64,000 nt of DNA from Eledone cirrhosa (GCA_964016885.1 OZ024751.1:50034001-50098000), one strand, 5' to 3'; shown: positions 8,166-19,445, counted from the first letter of the stretch. Notes: generated by a model from the letters alone, not told the origin. Numbers and translations: made by a program.

Positions 8166-11100
8166 ATGACCTCACTCAGAATAGGCAGCATAAATGCGCG
8201 TGGCTTGGGGTCGTCATGGAAGCAGGGTCACCTGCTCAACGACCTCAGGTCACTAAACATAGATGTAGTGGCCATCAGCGAGACCAGAATCTCCGAAGCA
8301 CGGGCCTTCGCACCGATCTTCGGCGGCTACGATGTGTACGCATCTCCCAGCCGTCCTGGATCGGGTGGAGGAGTTGCTGTGCTTTTTCGGAGAGGTTTGG
8401 ATCTCGCCATACGGGCCATCTTCCTGGACCCAGAGGGTAAGCTGGTGGTGCTGGACGTGACCAGCGGAGACGGGCAAGCTTTCAGGCTAGTGGCCGTCTA
8501 TGCCCCGACAGGAGCAGGGCGGCCTGATTTCTTCCGGCGTCTGGAGACCTTTCTTGGAACGTCGCGCTCTTTAGTGTTAGTGGGCGACTGGAACGGGATC
8601 TTAGATGCACGCTGGGACTGTGTGGGATTAGCGGATAGGGGTGGAGGGTGCAAGAGCCTCACCAACCTGCTCAGGCGTTTTGAACTGTCTGACAGGTACC
8701 GATTGGATTTCCCGAATGTGCCAATGTGGACTTGGACAAACCGCATAGGGTCATCCAGATCATATCTAGATAGAGTATTTTGTAGGGAAATAGATAGGTC
8801 TAGCATAGGCTGTCCACAATTCAAGATAGTCAGCTACACGGACCACAAATTCGTGATCTGTGTGCTTGACTTAGATAGGCTTCATAGACGAGGACCCGGC
8901 TACTGGAAGCTAAACGCGTCCTTACCAGCGCGCAAGGCCTACAGAGACCGGATTAGCGAACTAGTTAAGCGGGCGTTGACGGGGGCCATCGTCAACAACA
9001 AGTGGTGGTTTGCTCTGAAAAGAGCGATTAGAATAGAATCGATTAGGTTTAGTAAGGCTTTAGCAATAGAGAAAAATAGAGCAGAGGGAGAACTAGTTAG
9101 AAAATTAGACGAGGCGCTTAGCAAAGGCATTGCGACCGACGTGCTTGCGGCGAAATTGGCCCTTGACCAATTCTTCAATGCAAAGCACGAAGGCTGCGTT
9201 GTCAGAGCTAGGGTGCGTGCTCTCAGACACGAGGGGACGAAAGCCGTTCAATGGGCCCGAGTGGCGGAGGCGCGTCGTGGCAACAAAGCCACGATCCGGT
9301 CTTTGGTGGACCACGACGGGCGCATGCTACTCGATCCCGGGCAAATGTGTGAAGCTTTTCAGCGACACTTCGCTCAGCTGTTCGGGGGCAGCAGGGGGCC
9401 GGGTAGAGGGATGGACTTTAGTGTCTACCTCGACGGACTGCCGCGGCTCTCGGCCACTGAGGCGAGGTGTTGCGAAAAGCCGATAACAGCCGCTGAAGTA
9501 CGGGAGGCAATGACTGGCTGCACAAGGGGTAAATCGCCTGGTTTGGATGGTCTGCCCTATGAACTTTACGTACAGATGCCAGACTTGTTCGGAGGCCTCT
9601 TGGCGGACGTCTACTGCAACTGGCAACAGAACGGGAGAATTCCCAGTTCTGTGAGCCGAGGAGCGGTGGCACTGCTGAGAAAGGATCCGAACAAGGGGGA
9701 TAACATAGAAAATTTCCGGCCCATAACTCTGCTAAACACAGAGTTTAAGATTTTGGCCAAGGTGCTAGCAAAGAGGTTGGCGCTTGTCGTTGGTGGTCTG
9801 GTGGGAGAGGCGCAGACATGCGCCATTCCCGACAGATCCATCCACGACAACCTCCACCTCATGCGATACATCGTAGAGAGGGTAGCTAGGGAACCTGGCA
9901 CGGGTGGGTCCTTGATCAATTTAGATCAGTCGAAAGCTTTCGATAGGGTCGACCATCGTTACCTAGCGGCAGTCCTGAGGGCGGCTGGCTTTGGGCCCGT
10001 CTTCAGAGGCTGGATCGCTGCCATGCACAGCGACATCTGCTCTGTGGTGAGAGTGAACGGTCACCTGTCGGAACCGTTCAACATCATGCGCTCGGTCCGC
10101 CAAGGATGTCCCCTCTCGTCCCTCTTGTACGTATTGACTCTCGAGCCATTACTGCACAAACTGGAGACGTTGAGGGGGGTCCCGCGCGAACTAGGATGCG
10201 GAAGATCCGTGTCAGCATATGCGGACGATGTCACCGTAGTGGTGTCGAACGCCAAACACATCGAGGCGATCGGCACTACACTAAGAGAATACGAAGCGGT
10301 GACAGGAGCAATGATCAACCAGGAAAAGTCAGTGGGCCTGCAGCTCGGCACCTGGAGAGGCAGGTCCATGCCGTCCAACAGCGTCGTCGGGCGCTGGACG
10401 GACGGACCGGTTAAATTGCTAGGGGTCTGGTTCGGTCCGGACCTCCAGACGGACAAAAACTGGGACGAGGTGACGAGCAGGGTGGCTTCTCTCACCCAGA
10501 AATGGGCGGAGAGGAAGCTATCCCTGAAAGGTCGAGCGGAGGTGGCTAACGCGTACATCGCGTCTGTCATCTGCTACCGCCTAACCGTCGTACCTTGTCC
10601 TAAGCCTCGCCTGACTGCGCTGGAGCGTTTGCTCTTTCGCTTTTTGTGGAAGGGACGTGCTCCGATGGTCAGGCGGTCCATCTGTTGTCAACACCCGCTA
10701 CGTGGAGGGCTGGGCATGCCGTGGCTGATGATGCGCAGGCACGCGCTCAGGCTACGACATCTCCACCTTTTCCTCGACGGTGATCAGGTGTGGTCGCCGT
10801 TTGCTAGACGCGTTTTTCCCCAGCTCGTTTCCTTGACGGAGCTGCAGTCCTGGGTCAAGCGAAGACCGAGAGGGAGCGCCTGGAGACTGGAATGTCTTCA
10901 GGCGCTCACAGCCCTCGACCAATCGGGCAATGTGATCGGTGGAAACTCCACCTCGGCGTTCTATAGAGGATTAGTGGAGGGGAAGAGCGACGACGTACTT
11001 GGGGAAACTCTAGGCGTCGACGAAAATCAACTAGCCAATCTCTTCGGAAGAACTTTCGGGCCAGGGCCTATGGACAACTTCCAGAAATCTCTGGCCTGGC

Positions 11101-11585
11101 AGTGCTACCGAGGAGCCTTGCCAGTTCGGGATAAACTCTACAGGCATGGAGGTGCCGTCAGCCGGGCATGTCCGAGATGCGCGCAGGGCGACGAAACCGT
11201 CCTGCACGCACTCGTCCAGTGTCCGAAAATTGCTGACTTGTGGGTTTATGTCGAACACCTGCTGTCGCGTTTAGGACGGATCCAGCTATCATCTGAGTCT
11301 ATCGTGAGGATTGCCCCGCCCTCCTCCTTTAGCCGGGAAGGGCAGGCAGTTTTTATCTGTCTGGTGGCCATGGCGAAAGAGATAGTATGGTGGACACGTT
11401 TGAAAGGGCTGAAGACGAGCACTTACCTCTTCGGTGATGCTCTGATTGACTTTTTCAAATTTCATTTGAAAAGGAAAATCAGAGTAGAGAAGGAAGTGCT
11501 CTCTTCCCAGCATTTTGTTGAAAGATGGGTGAGAGAAGCAAGAATGGCCCGAGTGAATGGGCCGACTCTGAGTATATATCTGTAA
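8166..11585 (+). CDS. ORF2 APE endonuclease-RT-CCHC, 1139 aa
   Basis: All EN and RT motifs intact; four amino-acid differences from copy 1. Confidence 0.97.
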   Translation: MTSLRIGSINARGLGSSWKQGHLLNDLRSLNIDVVAISETRISEARAFAPIFGGYDVYASPSRPGSGGGVAVLFRRGLDLAIRAIFLDPEGKLVVLDVTSGDGQAFRLVAVYAPTGAGRPDFFRRLETFLGTSRSLVLVGDWNGILDARWDCVGLADRGGGCKSLTNLLRRFELSDRYRLDFPNVPMWTWTNRIGSSRSYLDRVFCREIDRSSIGCPQFKIVSYTDHKFVICVLDLDRLHRRGPGYWKLNASLPARKAYRDRISELVKRALTGAIVNNKWWFALKRAIRIESIRFSKALAIEKNRAEGELVRKLDEALSKGIATDVLAAKLALDQFFNAKHEGCVVRARVRALRHEGTKAVQWARVAEARRGNKATIRSLVDHDGRMLLDPGQMCEAFQRHFAQLFGGSRGPGRGMDFSVYLDGLPRLSATEARCCEKPITAAEVREAMTGCTRGKSPGLDGLPYELYVQMPDLFGGLLADVYCNWQQNGRIPSSVSRGAVALLRKDPNKGDNIENFRPITLLNTEFKILAKVLAKRLALVVGGLVGEAQTCAIPDRSIHDNLHLMRYIVERVAREPGTGGSLINLDQSKAFDRVDHRYLAAVLRAAGFGPVFRGWIAAMHSDICSVVRVNGHLSEPFNIMRSVRQGCPLSSLLYVLTLEPLLHKLETLRGVPRELGCGRSVSAYADDVTVVVSNAKHIEAIGTTLREYEAVTGAMINQEKSVGLQLGTWRGRSMPSNSVVGRWTDGPVKLLGVWFGPDLQTDKNWDEVTSRVASLTQKWAERKLSLKGRAEVANAYIASVICYRLTVVPCPKPRLTALERLLFRFLWKGRAPMVRRSICCQHPLRGGLGMPWLMMRRHALRLRHLHLFLDGDQVWSPFARRVFPQLVSLTELQSWVKRRPRGSAWRLECLQALTALDQSGNVIGGNSTSAFYRGLVEGKSDDVLGETLGVDENQLANLFGRTFGPGPMDNFQKSLAWQCYRGALPVRDKLYRHGGAVSRACPRCAQGDETVLHALVQCPKIADLWVYVEHLLSRLGRIQLSSESIVRIAPPSSFSREGQAVFICLVAMAKEIVWWTRLKGLKTSTYLFGDALIDFFKFHLKRKIRVEKEVLSSQHFVERWVREARMARVNGPTLSIYL

Positions 11586-11848
11586 ACTAAAGGTGGAAAA
11601 CTGGGAGAGGGCACTTGCCTTGGTGGTCAGGGTCATTGTGGCTTTTTACTGGGCTTTCTCCACAAATGTCCCTCCGAAGTCTCCCCCCTATTGGGGAATT
11701 TTTCATTGTTATTTTCATTGTTATTTTTGTTACATCCTCTATTTTTGTTTTTTTTACACGCAGAAATGCCCATTTGTACCGTCCTGCATTGTCCTGCACT
11801 GTCCTTAATGTCTACTTTATGTAAACCCTTGTGGTTAATAAAGAAATC

Positions 11849-11890
11849 ATTATTATCATTATTATCATTATCATTATTATTATTATTATT
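11849..11890 (+). repeat. Imperfect (ATT/ATC)n spacer between copies 2 and 3
   Basis: attattatcattattatcattatcattatt... Confidence 0.9.
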
Positions 11891-12104
11891 GAATGCCATG
11901 GTTGACGGAGGCTCGGCTCTGTAAGGTATAGTAATTTTTAACCGTTAAAACAATTGTAAATTGTTTAAAACTTGAACCAAATTGTTGATAAAGACACCCT
12001 CCTCCTCGTGAGAGGGGTCTTTCTGTCCGTTATTTGGCCCTTCGGGGTTAAATAACCAGTTATTGGGGTTTTGTACCCAATATTCATTTTAAACAAAAAA
12101 CAAC

Positions 12105-14201
12105 ATGGCTACGAAAAAGAAATTTCATACGTCACTCCCACTCATTCCGTCTTCTTCTTCCTCAATCATCACTACAGCAGAGAGAAGATTGTCTCTCTCC
12201 CTCCCTTCTTTAAATGTGTCTCTCTCCCTCCCTTCTCTTTCGCAAGCGACGAAAGAAAAGAAAAGTCTCGTGCAAAGCGTGCAAGGTTTCTCCACGACGA
12301 CGACGACAGCGACGAAACAGGTGTGCGGGAAATACGAAAACCCAGTTCATTCGTCTGACGTCAGGAATAATAGCAGTAGCAGCCGTAATAACAACAGCAA
12401 CAGTGACAATGAAAACAACAGTAGCAGCCGCAACAGCATCACCAGCAGCATAAACAACAACAGCATTAGCAGCAGCAACACCAACAACAACCACAGCAAC
12501 AGCGGCGGAGGCAGTAGTCGTAGTACCTGCAGCAACAACAAAAGTACCAGCAGCTCTGACGACAACAACAACAGCAGAGAAAAACCAATCTCATTTGCAG
12601 GTATTGCGAAAAACTTGGAAACAATCCTCATAACAAATGAGGAATTAGAGGAAGCGAAGAAGATGGTGACAAAGAACGGACACCGAGCAATCTGCAAGGC
12701 AGCGAAAAATTTTTTCGAAACCCAAGAGCACTGTACGGTCACGTACCGTACAGTAAGTACAAAATCCCGTAGGGTGGAAAGAGCCACAGAGGCCCAAATA
12801 CAAAAAGCCTTGGGGTCTGTGTGGCAGAGGAAAACGCACATCACCCGAGGCAAAAAATACGCCACCGTAGACGTACTTTTTGCCACACCCCAGGAGGCAA
12901 AGGCCCAATCAGTAGTGACCCTAAGGAGCGAGGAAATGGTGTTGGTGCCCTCCTACTGCGGGCAAAAAATTGTGAGGGTCAAACTGACCCACGTCCCCCC
13001 CGGAATGACCCCTTCTTGGCTGGCCGCGTCTGTCCTCGTCGGAATCGAGGACAAAACAACTGTACTGCAAGTACAGAAAAAAGTAAGAGAAGATTGGGTC
13101 GGCTCCTCCATTGAGGTGCTAATCCAAACCAACCAGGAGTGCATCGAAGCTATCCCGGATGTGATAGACTTCGATAACGGCACTCAACTGCCCATAAGTG
13201 TTGAGGGCAAACGCCCGAAATGCTTTCGCTGTGGATCGAAGACTCACCTCAGGGCCTTCTGCAACGAGAAGACCCTGAGAAAGGAGAAAACCCCCCTCCT
13301 CCCGAATCCGGTTCCACGGCTACCAGCAACAGGACAAGCGGCAACCAGGAACGATAGGTCCGTGGCACCCATACCCACTCCACGGAAATCAAAGACAGCA
13401 GCAGCAGTGGAAATATTAACAACAACAACAGCAATACCAAATGCAGCTGCAACAGAGACTCCAGTGCAAACATCACCAACAACAACAAGTGAAAGAGTGG
13501 AGCTGGTACCCCTCCCCGACCTTACAGAATCAGACATGGAGTGTGAGGTGGGAGAGGGATGGCAAAAGGTCTCAAGAAGGCACAAACGCAGAAGCAGCGC
13601 ATCGTCGCCTTTGAAAAGGGAGGAAAGAAATGAGAAAAGGGTAAAGTCTACTGCAAAGAGACCCACAGCAGCAACACCACCAACACCATCACCACCCACA
13701 CCAGCACCACCATCACCACCGGCGACAACCCCACCGCCAACAACACCTTCAACACCACCACCACAAGCACCAACATCGCAAACACAACAACAAAACACAC
13801 ACACCCAGCAACAACGACAAGAAAATAGCAGAACCACACCCCACCCCCAGAAAAACAAATGCACGGCAATAAACACACACAACAAGAAACTAATGACTTA
13901 CATAATTGAACACACAGACATTTCACAACAGGACTACATAATACCAGCACCAATCAAAACGCCAACTAACATAAGACTGCTAAAAATAGCACAGAAACAA
14001 TACACAAACATTAAAACGAAATTCCCCAACGCAGTTGGTGATTTCAGGGACCTAGGAGGAACCATTAATCGAAGAGTATATTCAGACATTCTCTTAGAAG
14101 AGCCGACGACCAGCCGAAGGGACGATTCAACGGTCCCTTCACCAGACGATCAAGTGAAAAGGGATGTAAAAACCATCCCTCCTCTACCAAAAATACGGTA
14201 A
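12105..14201 (+). CDS. Tx1-like ORF1 protein, 698 aa
   Basis: One M>V change (SIEVLIQ) relative to copy 2. Confidence 0.88.
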   Translation: MATKKKFHTSLPLIPSSSSSIITTAERRLSLSLPSLNVSLSLPSLSQATKEKKSLVQSVQGFSTTTTTATKQVCGKYENPVHSSDVRNNSSSSRNNNSNSDNENNSSSRNSITSSINNNSISSSNTNNNHSNSGGGSSRSTCSNNKSTSSSDDNNNSREKPISFAGIAKNLETILITNEELEEAKKMVTKNGHRAICKAAKNFFETQEHCTVTYRTVSTKSRRVERATEAQIQKALGSVWQRKTHITRGKKYATVDVLFATPQEAKAQSVVTLRSEEMVLVPSYCGQKIVRVKLTHVPPGMTPSWLAASVLVGIEDKTTVLQVQKKVREDWVGSSIEVLIQTNQECIEAIPDVIDFDNGTQLPISVEGKRPKCFRCGSKTHLRAFCNEKTLRKEKTPLLPNPVPRLPATGQAATRNDRSVAPIPTPRKSKTAAAVEILTTTTAIPNAAATETPVQTSPTTTSERVELVPLPDLTESDMECEVGEGWQKVSRRHKRRSSASSPLKREERNEKRVKSTAKRPTAATPPTPSPPTPAPPSPPATTPPPTTPSTPPPQAPTSQTQQQNTHTQQQRQENSRTTPHPQKNKCTAINTHNKKLMTYIIEHTDISQQDYIIPAPIKTPTNIRLLKIAQKQYTNIKTKFPNAVGDFRDLGGTINRRVYSDILLEEPTTSRRDDSTVPSPDDQVKRDVKTIPPLPKIR

Positions 14202-14236
14202 GTGGTCTTTCCCATCTTTTCCACTCTATTTTAAAC

Positions 14237-17200
14237 ATGACCTCACTCAGAATAGGCAGCATAAATGCGCGTGGCTTGGGGTCGTCATGGAAGCAGGGTC
14301 ACCTGCTCAACGACCTCAGGTCACTAAACATAGATGTAGTGGCCATCAGCGAGACCAGAATCTCCGAAGCACGGGCCTTCGCACCGATCTTCGGCGGCTA
14401 CGATGTGTACGCATCTCCCAGCCGTCCTGGATCGGGTGGAGGAGTTGCTGTGCTTTTTCGGAGAGGTTTGGATCTCGCCATACGGGCCATCTTCCTGGAC
14501 CCAGAGGGTAAGCTGGTGGTGCTGGACGTGACCAGCGGAGACGGGCAAGCTTTCAGGCTAGTGGCCGTCTATGCCCCGACAGGAGCAGGGCGGCCTGATT
14601 TCTTCCGGCGTCTGGAGACCTTTCTTGGAACGTCGCGCTCTTTAGTGTTAGTGGGCGACTGGAACGGGATCTTAGATGCACGCTGGGACTGTGTGGGATT
14701 AGCGGATAGGGGTGGAGGGTGCAAGAGCCTCACCAACCTGCTCAGGCGTTTTGAACTGTCTGACAGGTACCGATTGGATTTCCCGAATGTGCCAATGTGG
14801 ACTTGGACAAACCGCATAGGGTCATCCAGATCATATCTAGATAGAGTATTTTGTAGGGAAATAGATAGGTCTAGCATAGGCTGTCCACAATTCAAGATAG
14901 TCAGCTACACGGACCACAAATTCGTGATCTGTGTGCTTGACTTAGATAGGCTTCATAGACGAGGACCCGGCTACTGGAAGCTAAACGCGTCCTTACCAGC
15001 GCGCAAGGCCTACAGAGACCGGATTAGCGAACTAGTTAAGCGGGCGTTGACGGGGGCCATCGTCAACAACAAGTGGTGGTTTGCTCTGAAAAGAGCGATT
15101 AGAATAGAATCGATTAGGTTTAGTAAGGCTTTAGCAATAGAGAAAAATAGAGCAGAGGGAGAACTAGTTAGAAAATTAGACGAGGCGCTTAGCAAAGGCA
15201 TTGCGACCGACGTGCTTGCGGCGAAATTGGCCCTTGACCAATTCTTCAATGCAAAGCACGAAGGCTGCGTTGTCAGAGCTAGGGTGCGTGCTCTCAGACA
15301 CGAGGGGACGAAAGCCGTTCAATGGGCCCGAGTGGCGGAGGCGCGTCGTGGCAACAAAGCCACGATCCGGTCTTTGGTGGACCACGACGGGCGCATGCTA
15401 CTCGATCCCGGGCAAATGTGTGAAGCTTTTCAGCGACACTTCGCTCAGCTGTTCGGGGGCAGCGGGGGGCCGGGTAGAGGGATGGACTTTAGTGTCTACC
15501 TCGACGGACTGCCGCGGCTCTCGGCCACTGAGGCGAAGTGTTGCGAAAAGCCGATAACAGCCGCTGAAGTAAGGGAGGCAATGACTGGCTGCACAAGGGG
15601 TAAATCGCCTGGTTTGGATGGTCTGCCCTATGAACTTTACGTACAGATGCCAGACTTGTTCCGAGGCCTCTTGGCGGACGTCTACTGCAACTGGCAACAG
15701 AACGGGAGAATTCCCAGTTCTGTGAGCCGAGGAGCGGTGGCACTGCTGAGAAAGGATCCGAACAAGGGGGATAACATAGACAATTTCCGGCCCATAACTC
15801 TGCTAAACACAGAGTTTAAGATTTTGGCCAAGGTGCTAGCAAAGAGGTTGGCGCTTGTCGTTGGTGGTCTGGTGGGAGAGGCGCAGACATGCGCCATTCC
15901 CGACAGATCCATCCACGACAACCTCCACCTCATGCGATACATCGTAGAGAGGGTAGCTAGGGAACCTGGCACGGGTGGGTCCTTGATCAATTTAGATCAG
16001 TCGAAAGCTTTCGATAGGGTCGACCATCGTTACCTAGCGGCAGTCCTGAGGGCGGCTGGCTTTGGGCCCGTCTTCAGAGGCTGGATCGCTGCCATGCACA
16101 GCGACATCTGCTCTGTGGTGAGAGTGAACGGTCACCTGTCGGAACCGTTCAACATCATGCGCTCGGTCCGCCAAGGATGTCCCCTCTCGTCCCTCTTGTA
16201 CGTATTGACTCTCGAGCCATTACTGCACAAACTGGAGACGTTGAGGGGAGTCCCGCGCGAACTAGGATGCGGAAGATCCGTGTCAGCATATGCGGACGAT
16301 GTCACCGTAGTGGTGTCGAACGCCAAACACATCGAGGCGATCGGCACTACACTAAGAGAATACGAAGCGGTGACAGGAGCAATGATCAACCAGGAAAAGT
16401 CAGTGGGCCTGCAGCTCGGCACCTGGAGAGGCAGGTCCATGCCGTCCAACAGCGTCGTCGGGCGCTGGACGGACGGACCGGTTAAATTGCTAGGGGTCTG
16501 GTTCGGTCCGGACCTCCAGACGGACAAAAACTGGGACGAGGTGACGAGCAGGGTGGCTTCTCTCACCCAGAAATGGGCGGAGAGGAAGCTATCCCTGAAA
16601 GGTCGAGCGGAGGTGGCTAACGCGTACATCGCGTCTGTCATCTGCTACCGCCTAACCGTCGTACCTTGTCCTAAGCCTCGCCTGACTGCGCTGGAGCGTT
16701 TGCTCTTTCGCTTTTTGTGGAAGGGACGTGCTCCGATGGTCAGGCGGTCCATCTGTTGTCAACACCCGCTACGTGGAGGGCTGGGCATGCCGTGGCTGAT
16801 GATGCGCAGGCACGCGCTCAGGCTACGACATCTCCACCTCTTCCTCGACGGTGATCAGGTGTGGTCGCCGTTTGCTAGACGCGTTTTTCCCCAGCTCGTT
16901 TCCTTGACGGAGCTGCAGTCCTGGGTCAAGCGAAGACCGAGAGGGAGCGCCTGGAGACTGGAATGTCTTCAGGCGCTCACAGCCCTCGACCAATCGGGCA
17001 ATGTGATCGGTGGAAACTCCACCTCGGCGTTCTATAGAGGATTAGTGGAGGGGAAGAGCGACGACGTACTTGGGGAAACTCTAGGCGTCGACGAAAATCA
17101 ACTAGCCAATCTCTTCGGAAGAACTTTCGGGCCAGGGCCTATGGACAACTTCCAGAAATCTCTGGCCTGGCAGTGCTACCGAGGAGCCTTGCCAGTTCGG

Positions 17201-17656
17201 GATAAACTCTACAGGCATGGAGGTGCCGTCAGCCGGGCATGTCCGAGATGCGCGCAGGGCGACGAAACCGTCCTGCACGCACTCGTCCAGTGTCCGAAAA
17301 TTGCTGACTTGTGGGTTTATGTCGAACACCTGCTGTCGCGTTTAGGACGGATCCAGCTATCATCTGAGTCTATCGTGAGGATTGCCCCGCCCTCCTCCTT
17401 TAGCCGGGAAGGGCAGGCAGTTTTTATCTGTCTGGTGGCCATGGCGAAAGAGATAGTATGGTGGACACGTTTGAAAGGGCTGAAGACGAGCACTTACCTC
17501 TTCGGTGATGCTCTGATTGACTTTTTCAAATTTCATTTGAAAAGGAAAATCAGAGTAGAGAAGGAAGTGCTCTCTTCCCAGCATTTTGTTGAAAGATGGG
17601 TGAATGAAGCAAGAATGGCCCGAGTGAATGGGCCGACTCTGAGTATATATCTGTAA
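14237..17656 (+). CDS. ORF2 APE endonuclease-RT-CCHC, 1139 aa
   Basis: Intact motifs; differs from copy 1 by R>N near the C-terminus. Confidence 0.97.
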   Translation: MTSLRIGSINARGLGSSWKQGHLLNDLRSLNIDVVAISETRISEARAFAPIFGGYDVYASPSRPGSGGGVAVLFRRGLDLAIRAIFLDPEGKLVVLDVTSGDGQAFRLVAVYAPTGAGRPDFFRRLETFLGTSRSLVLVGDWNGILDARWDCVGLADRGGGCKSLTNLLRRFELSDRYRLDFPNVPMWTWTNRIGSSRSYLDRVFCREIDRSSIGCPQFKIVSYTDHKFVICVLDLDRLHRRGPGYWKLNASLPARKAYRDRISELVKRALTGAIVNNKWWFALKRAIRIESIRFSKALAIEKNRAEGELVRKLDEALSKGIATDVLAAKLALDQFFNAKHEGCVVRARVRALRHEGTKAVQWARVAEARRGNKATIRSLVDHDGRMLLDPGQMCEAFQRHFAQLFGGSGGPGRGMDFSVYLDGLPRLSATEAKCCEKPITAAEVREAMTGCTRGKSPGLDGLPYELYVQMPDLFRGLLADVYCNWQQNGRIPSSVSRGAVALLRKDPNKGDNIDNFRPITLLNTEFKILAKVLAKRLALVVGGLVGEAQTCAIPDRSIHDNLHLMRYIVERVAREPGTGGSLINLDQSKAFDRVDHRYLAAVLRAAGFGPVFRGWIAAMHSDICSVVRVNGHLSEPFNIMRSVRQGCPLSSLLYVLTLEPLLHKLETLRGVPRELGCGRSVSAYADDVTVVVSNAKHIEAIGTTLREYEAVTGAMINQEKSVGLQLGTWRGRSMPSNSVVGRWTDGPVKLLGVWFGPDLQTDKNWDEVTSRVASLTQKWAERKLSLKGRAEVANAYIASVICYRLTVVPCPKPRLTALERLLFRFLWKGRAPMVRRSICCQHPLRGGLGMPWLMMRRHALRLRHLHLFLDGDQVWSPFARRVFPQLVSLTELQSWVKRRPRGSAWRLECLQALTALDQSGNVIGGNSTSAFYRGLVEGKSDDVLGETLGVDENQLANLFGRTFGPGPMDNFQKSLAWQCYRGALPVRDKLYRHGGAVSRACPRCAQGDETVLHALVQCPKIADLWVYVEHLLSRLGRIQLSSESIVRIAPPSSFSREGQAVFICLVAMAKEIVWWTRLKGLKTSTYLFGDALIDFFKFHLKRKIRVEKEVLSSQHFVERWVNEARMARVNGPTLSIYL

Positions 17657-17917
17657 ACTAAAGGTGGAAAACTGGGAGAGGGCACTTGCCTTGGTGGTCA
17701 GGGTCATTGTGGCTTTTTACTGGGCTTTCTCCACAAATGTCCCTCCGAAGTCTCCCCCCTATTGGGGAATTTTTCATTGTTATTTTCATTGTTATTTTTG
17801 TTACATCCTCTGTTTTTGTTTTTTTTACACGCAGAAATGCCCATTTGTACCGTCCTGCATTGTCCTGCACTGTCCTTAATGTCTACTTTATGTAAACCCT
17901 TGTGGTTAATAAAGAAA

Positions 17918-17954
<37 letters not shown>

Positions 17955-18489
17955 CATTATTATTATTACTATTATTATTATTATTATCATTTTCGTTGTT
18001 ATTGCTATTTGATATAATAAAGAAATCCTTATGAACAAACCACAATCAAATGTTAATCATCACCTTCACCGTCATCATCATTACTATCAACACTATCATC
18101 TATTAGGGAAATATCGCCTATAATCTGAGGAGTTCGTTGTGAGTCTTCTCCAGCAAACATGTTAAGGATATCCAACAAGAATTTCTATGTTTGATAATTT
18201 GGCTTGCCTCGAGAAATAGAAAGGTCAGCCATCTCAGAGCGAACAACTTTGAATACTCTCAGTCCTAAATATTTGGGAGTATTTGTCCTTACAAAGTAAA
18301 ATAGATATTTCTATCGATCGTTCAATTGCTGATACAATCAGTCGCTCACAATTCAGTCCCATCGTCAAATCACACCAAAGAAATACTGCTTCCGTTGGAC
18401 TTTGATCGGTGATGCTATCTTCCGGTCGCAATTCCTGGCAGAGGGAGCTACCTGACATAAAGTATTTTGTGCAAGATCATCTCGCGGTA

Positions 18490-18561
18490 TTCAATCCAGG
18501 AATGGAGGCTGAGACTTTAAGATCGTGAGTGCAACACTCTAAACCCTAGGCCACGTGCCTT
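18490..18561 (-). mobile_element. Decayed tRNA-derived SINE head (second family)
   Basis: Minus strand aaggcacgtggcctagggtttagag resembles the box A head at 63975. Confidence 0.4.
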
Positions 18562-18869
18562 AAAATGGATGCACACCAAATACCTGTTAAGTTATTGTTA
18601 AGATAATGGTAAAAACGTTGTTTTCTAACAACTATAGTGAGTTAAAGAGAGAACAAAATACAACTATGATATGATTAATCATTTTATTATTATCAATGTA
18701 AGCATCACTGCTATTAGTGGTGGTAGGAGTATTAATATTAAGGTATTTAGTTTTAGTTTTCGATTTTAAGATATGACTCTGGTATATTGTTGGATTGGCA
18801 GAATTATAGAGAATCGTACAGAACATCTTGCCGTATTTGTTCTGGCTCTTTAAAAATAATAATAATAAT

Positions 18870-19445
18870 ATGTGCAGGATCTGTGGAGAGAGAGAGGAGA
18901 CTGTGGCTCACATTGTATCCGAGTGTAAACACCTAGCCCAGACTCACTATAAAGGCTGGAGACATGATGTGATGGGCAGGGTGATCCACTGGTACCTATG
19001 CAAAGTAAACAATTTACCACATTCTGAGAAGTGGTATGAGCATAAGCCAGAGTCCGTGATAGAAAACGATCAGGTGAAGGTGCTGTTGGATTTTAGGATA
19101 CAGACGGACAAGAAACTGGAACACAATAGACCTGACCTGGTGGTTTTGGACAAGGAAAAAAGATCGTGCCTGATTGTGGATGTGGCCTGCCCATTCGACA
19201 CGAGAGTGCAAGAGAAGGAGAGGGAGAAAATTAACCGATACCAGGATTTAAAGTGGGAGGTAAAAAGGATTTGGAACTGCCATGAAGTCAAAGTGGTCCC
19301 GATTGTCATAGGCGCACTAGGTACTATCTCAAAAGGTTTCCAGGGATGGTTAAAGAAAATTGGCCCCTTTACGCTTTTTGGAACGCTTCAAAAGGCATGC
19401 TTGCTGGTAACAGCAAGAACCCTCCGATACGTCCTGAATATCTGA
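18870..19445 (+). pseudogene. C-terminal zinc knuckle + PD-(D/E)xK restriction-like endonuclease of an R4/Dong-type element
   Basis: Motifs as above; no RT upstream. Confidence 0.85.

Larger units (their letters stand above)
5820..11848 (+). mobile_element. L1/Tx1-clade non-LTR retrotransposon, copy 2, full length (6029 bp)
   Basis: Starts GAATGCCATGG right after (ATT)n and ends AATAAAGAAATC; both ORFs open. Confidence 0.96.
11891..17919 (+). mobile_element. L1/Tx1-clade non-LTR retrotransposon, copy 3, full length (6029 bp)
   Basis: Same termini as copy 2; followed by (ATT)n at about 17920-17990. Confidence 0.96.

Noticed and set aside
66-17895. Short antisense and alternate-frame ORFs inside the Tx1 copies
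   Set aside because: Shadows of the main ORFs and of triplet repeats; no domains.
1-17919. Array as a pure assembly duplication
   Set aside because: Spacers differ and each copy has private variants; read confirmation is still needed.
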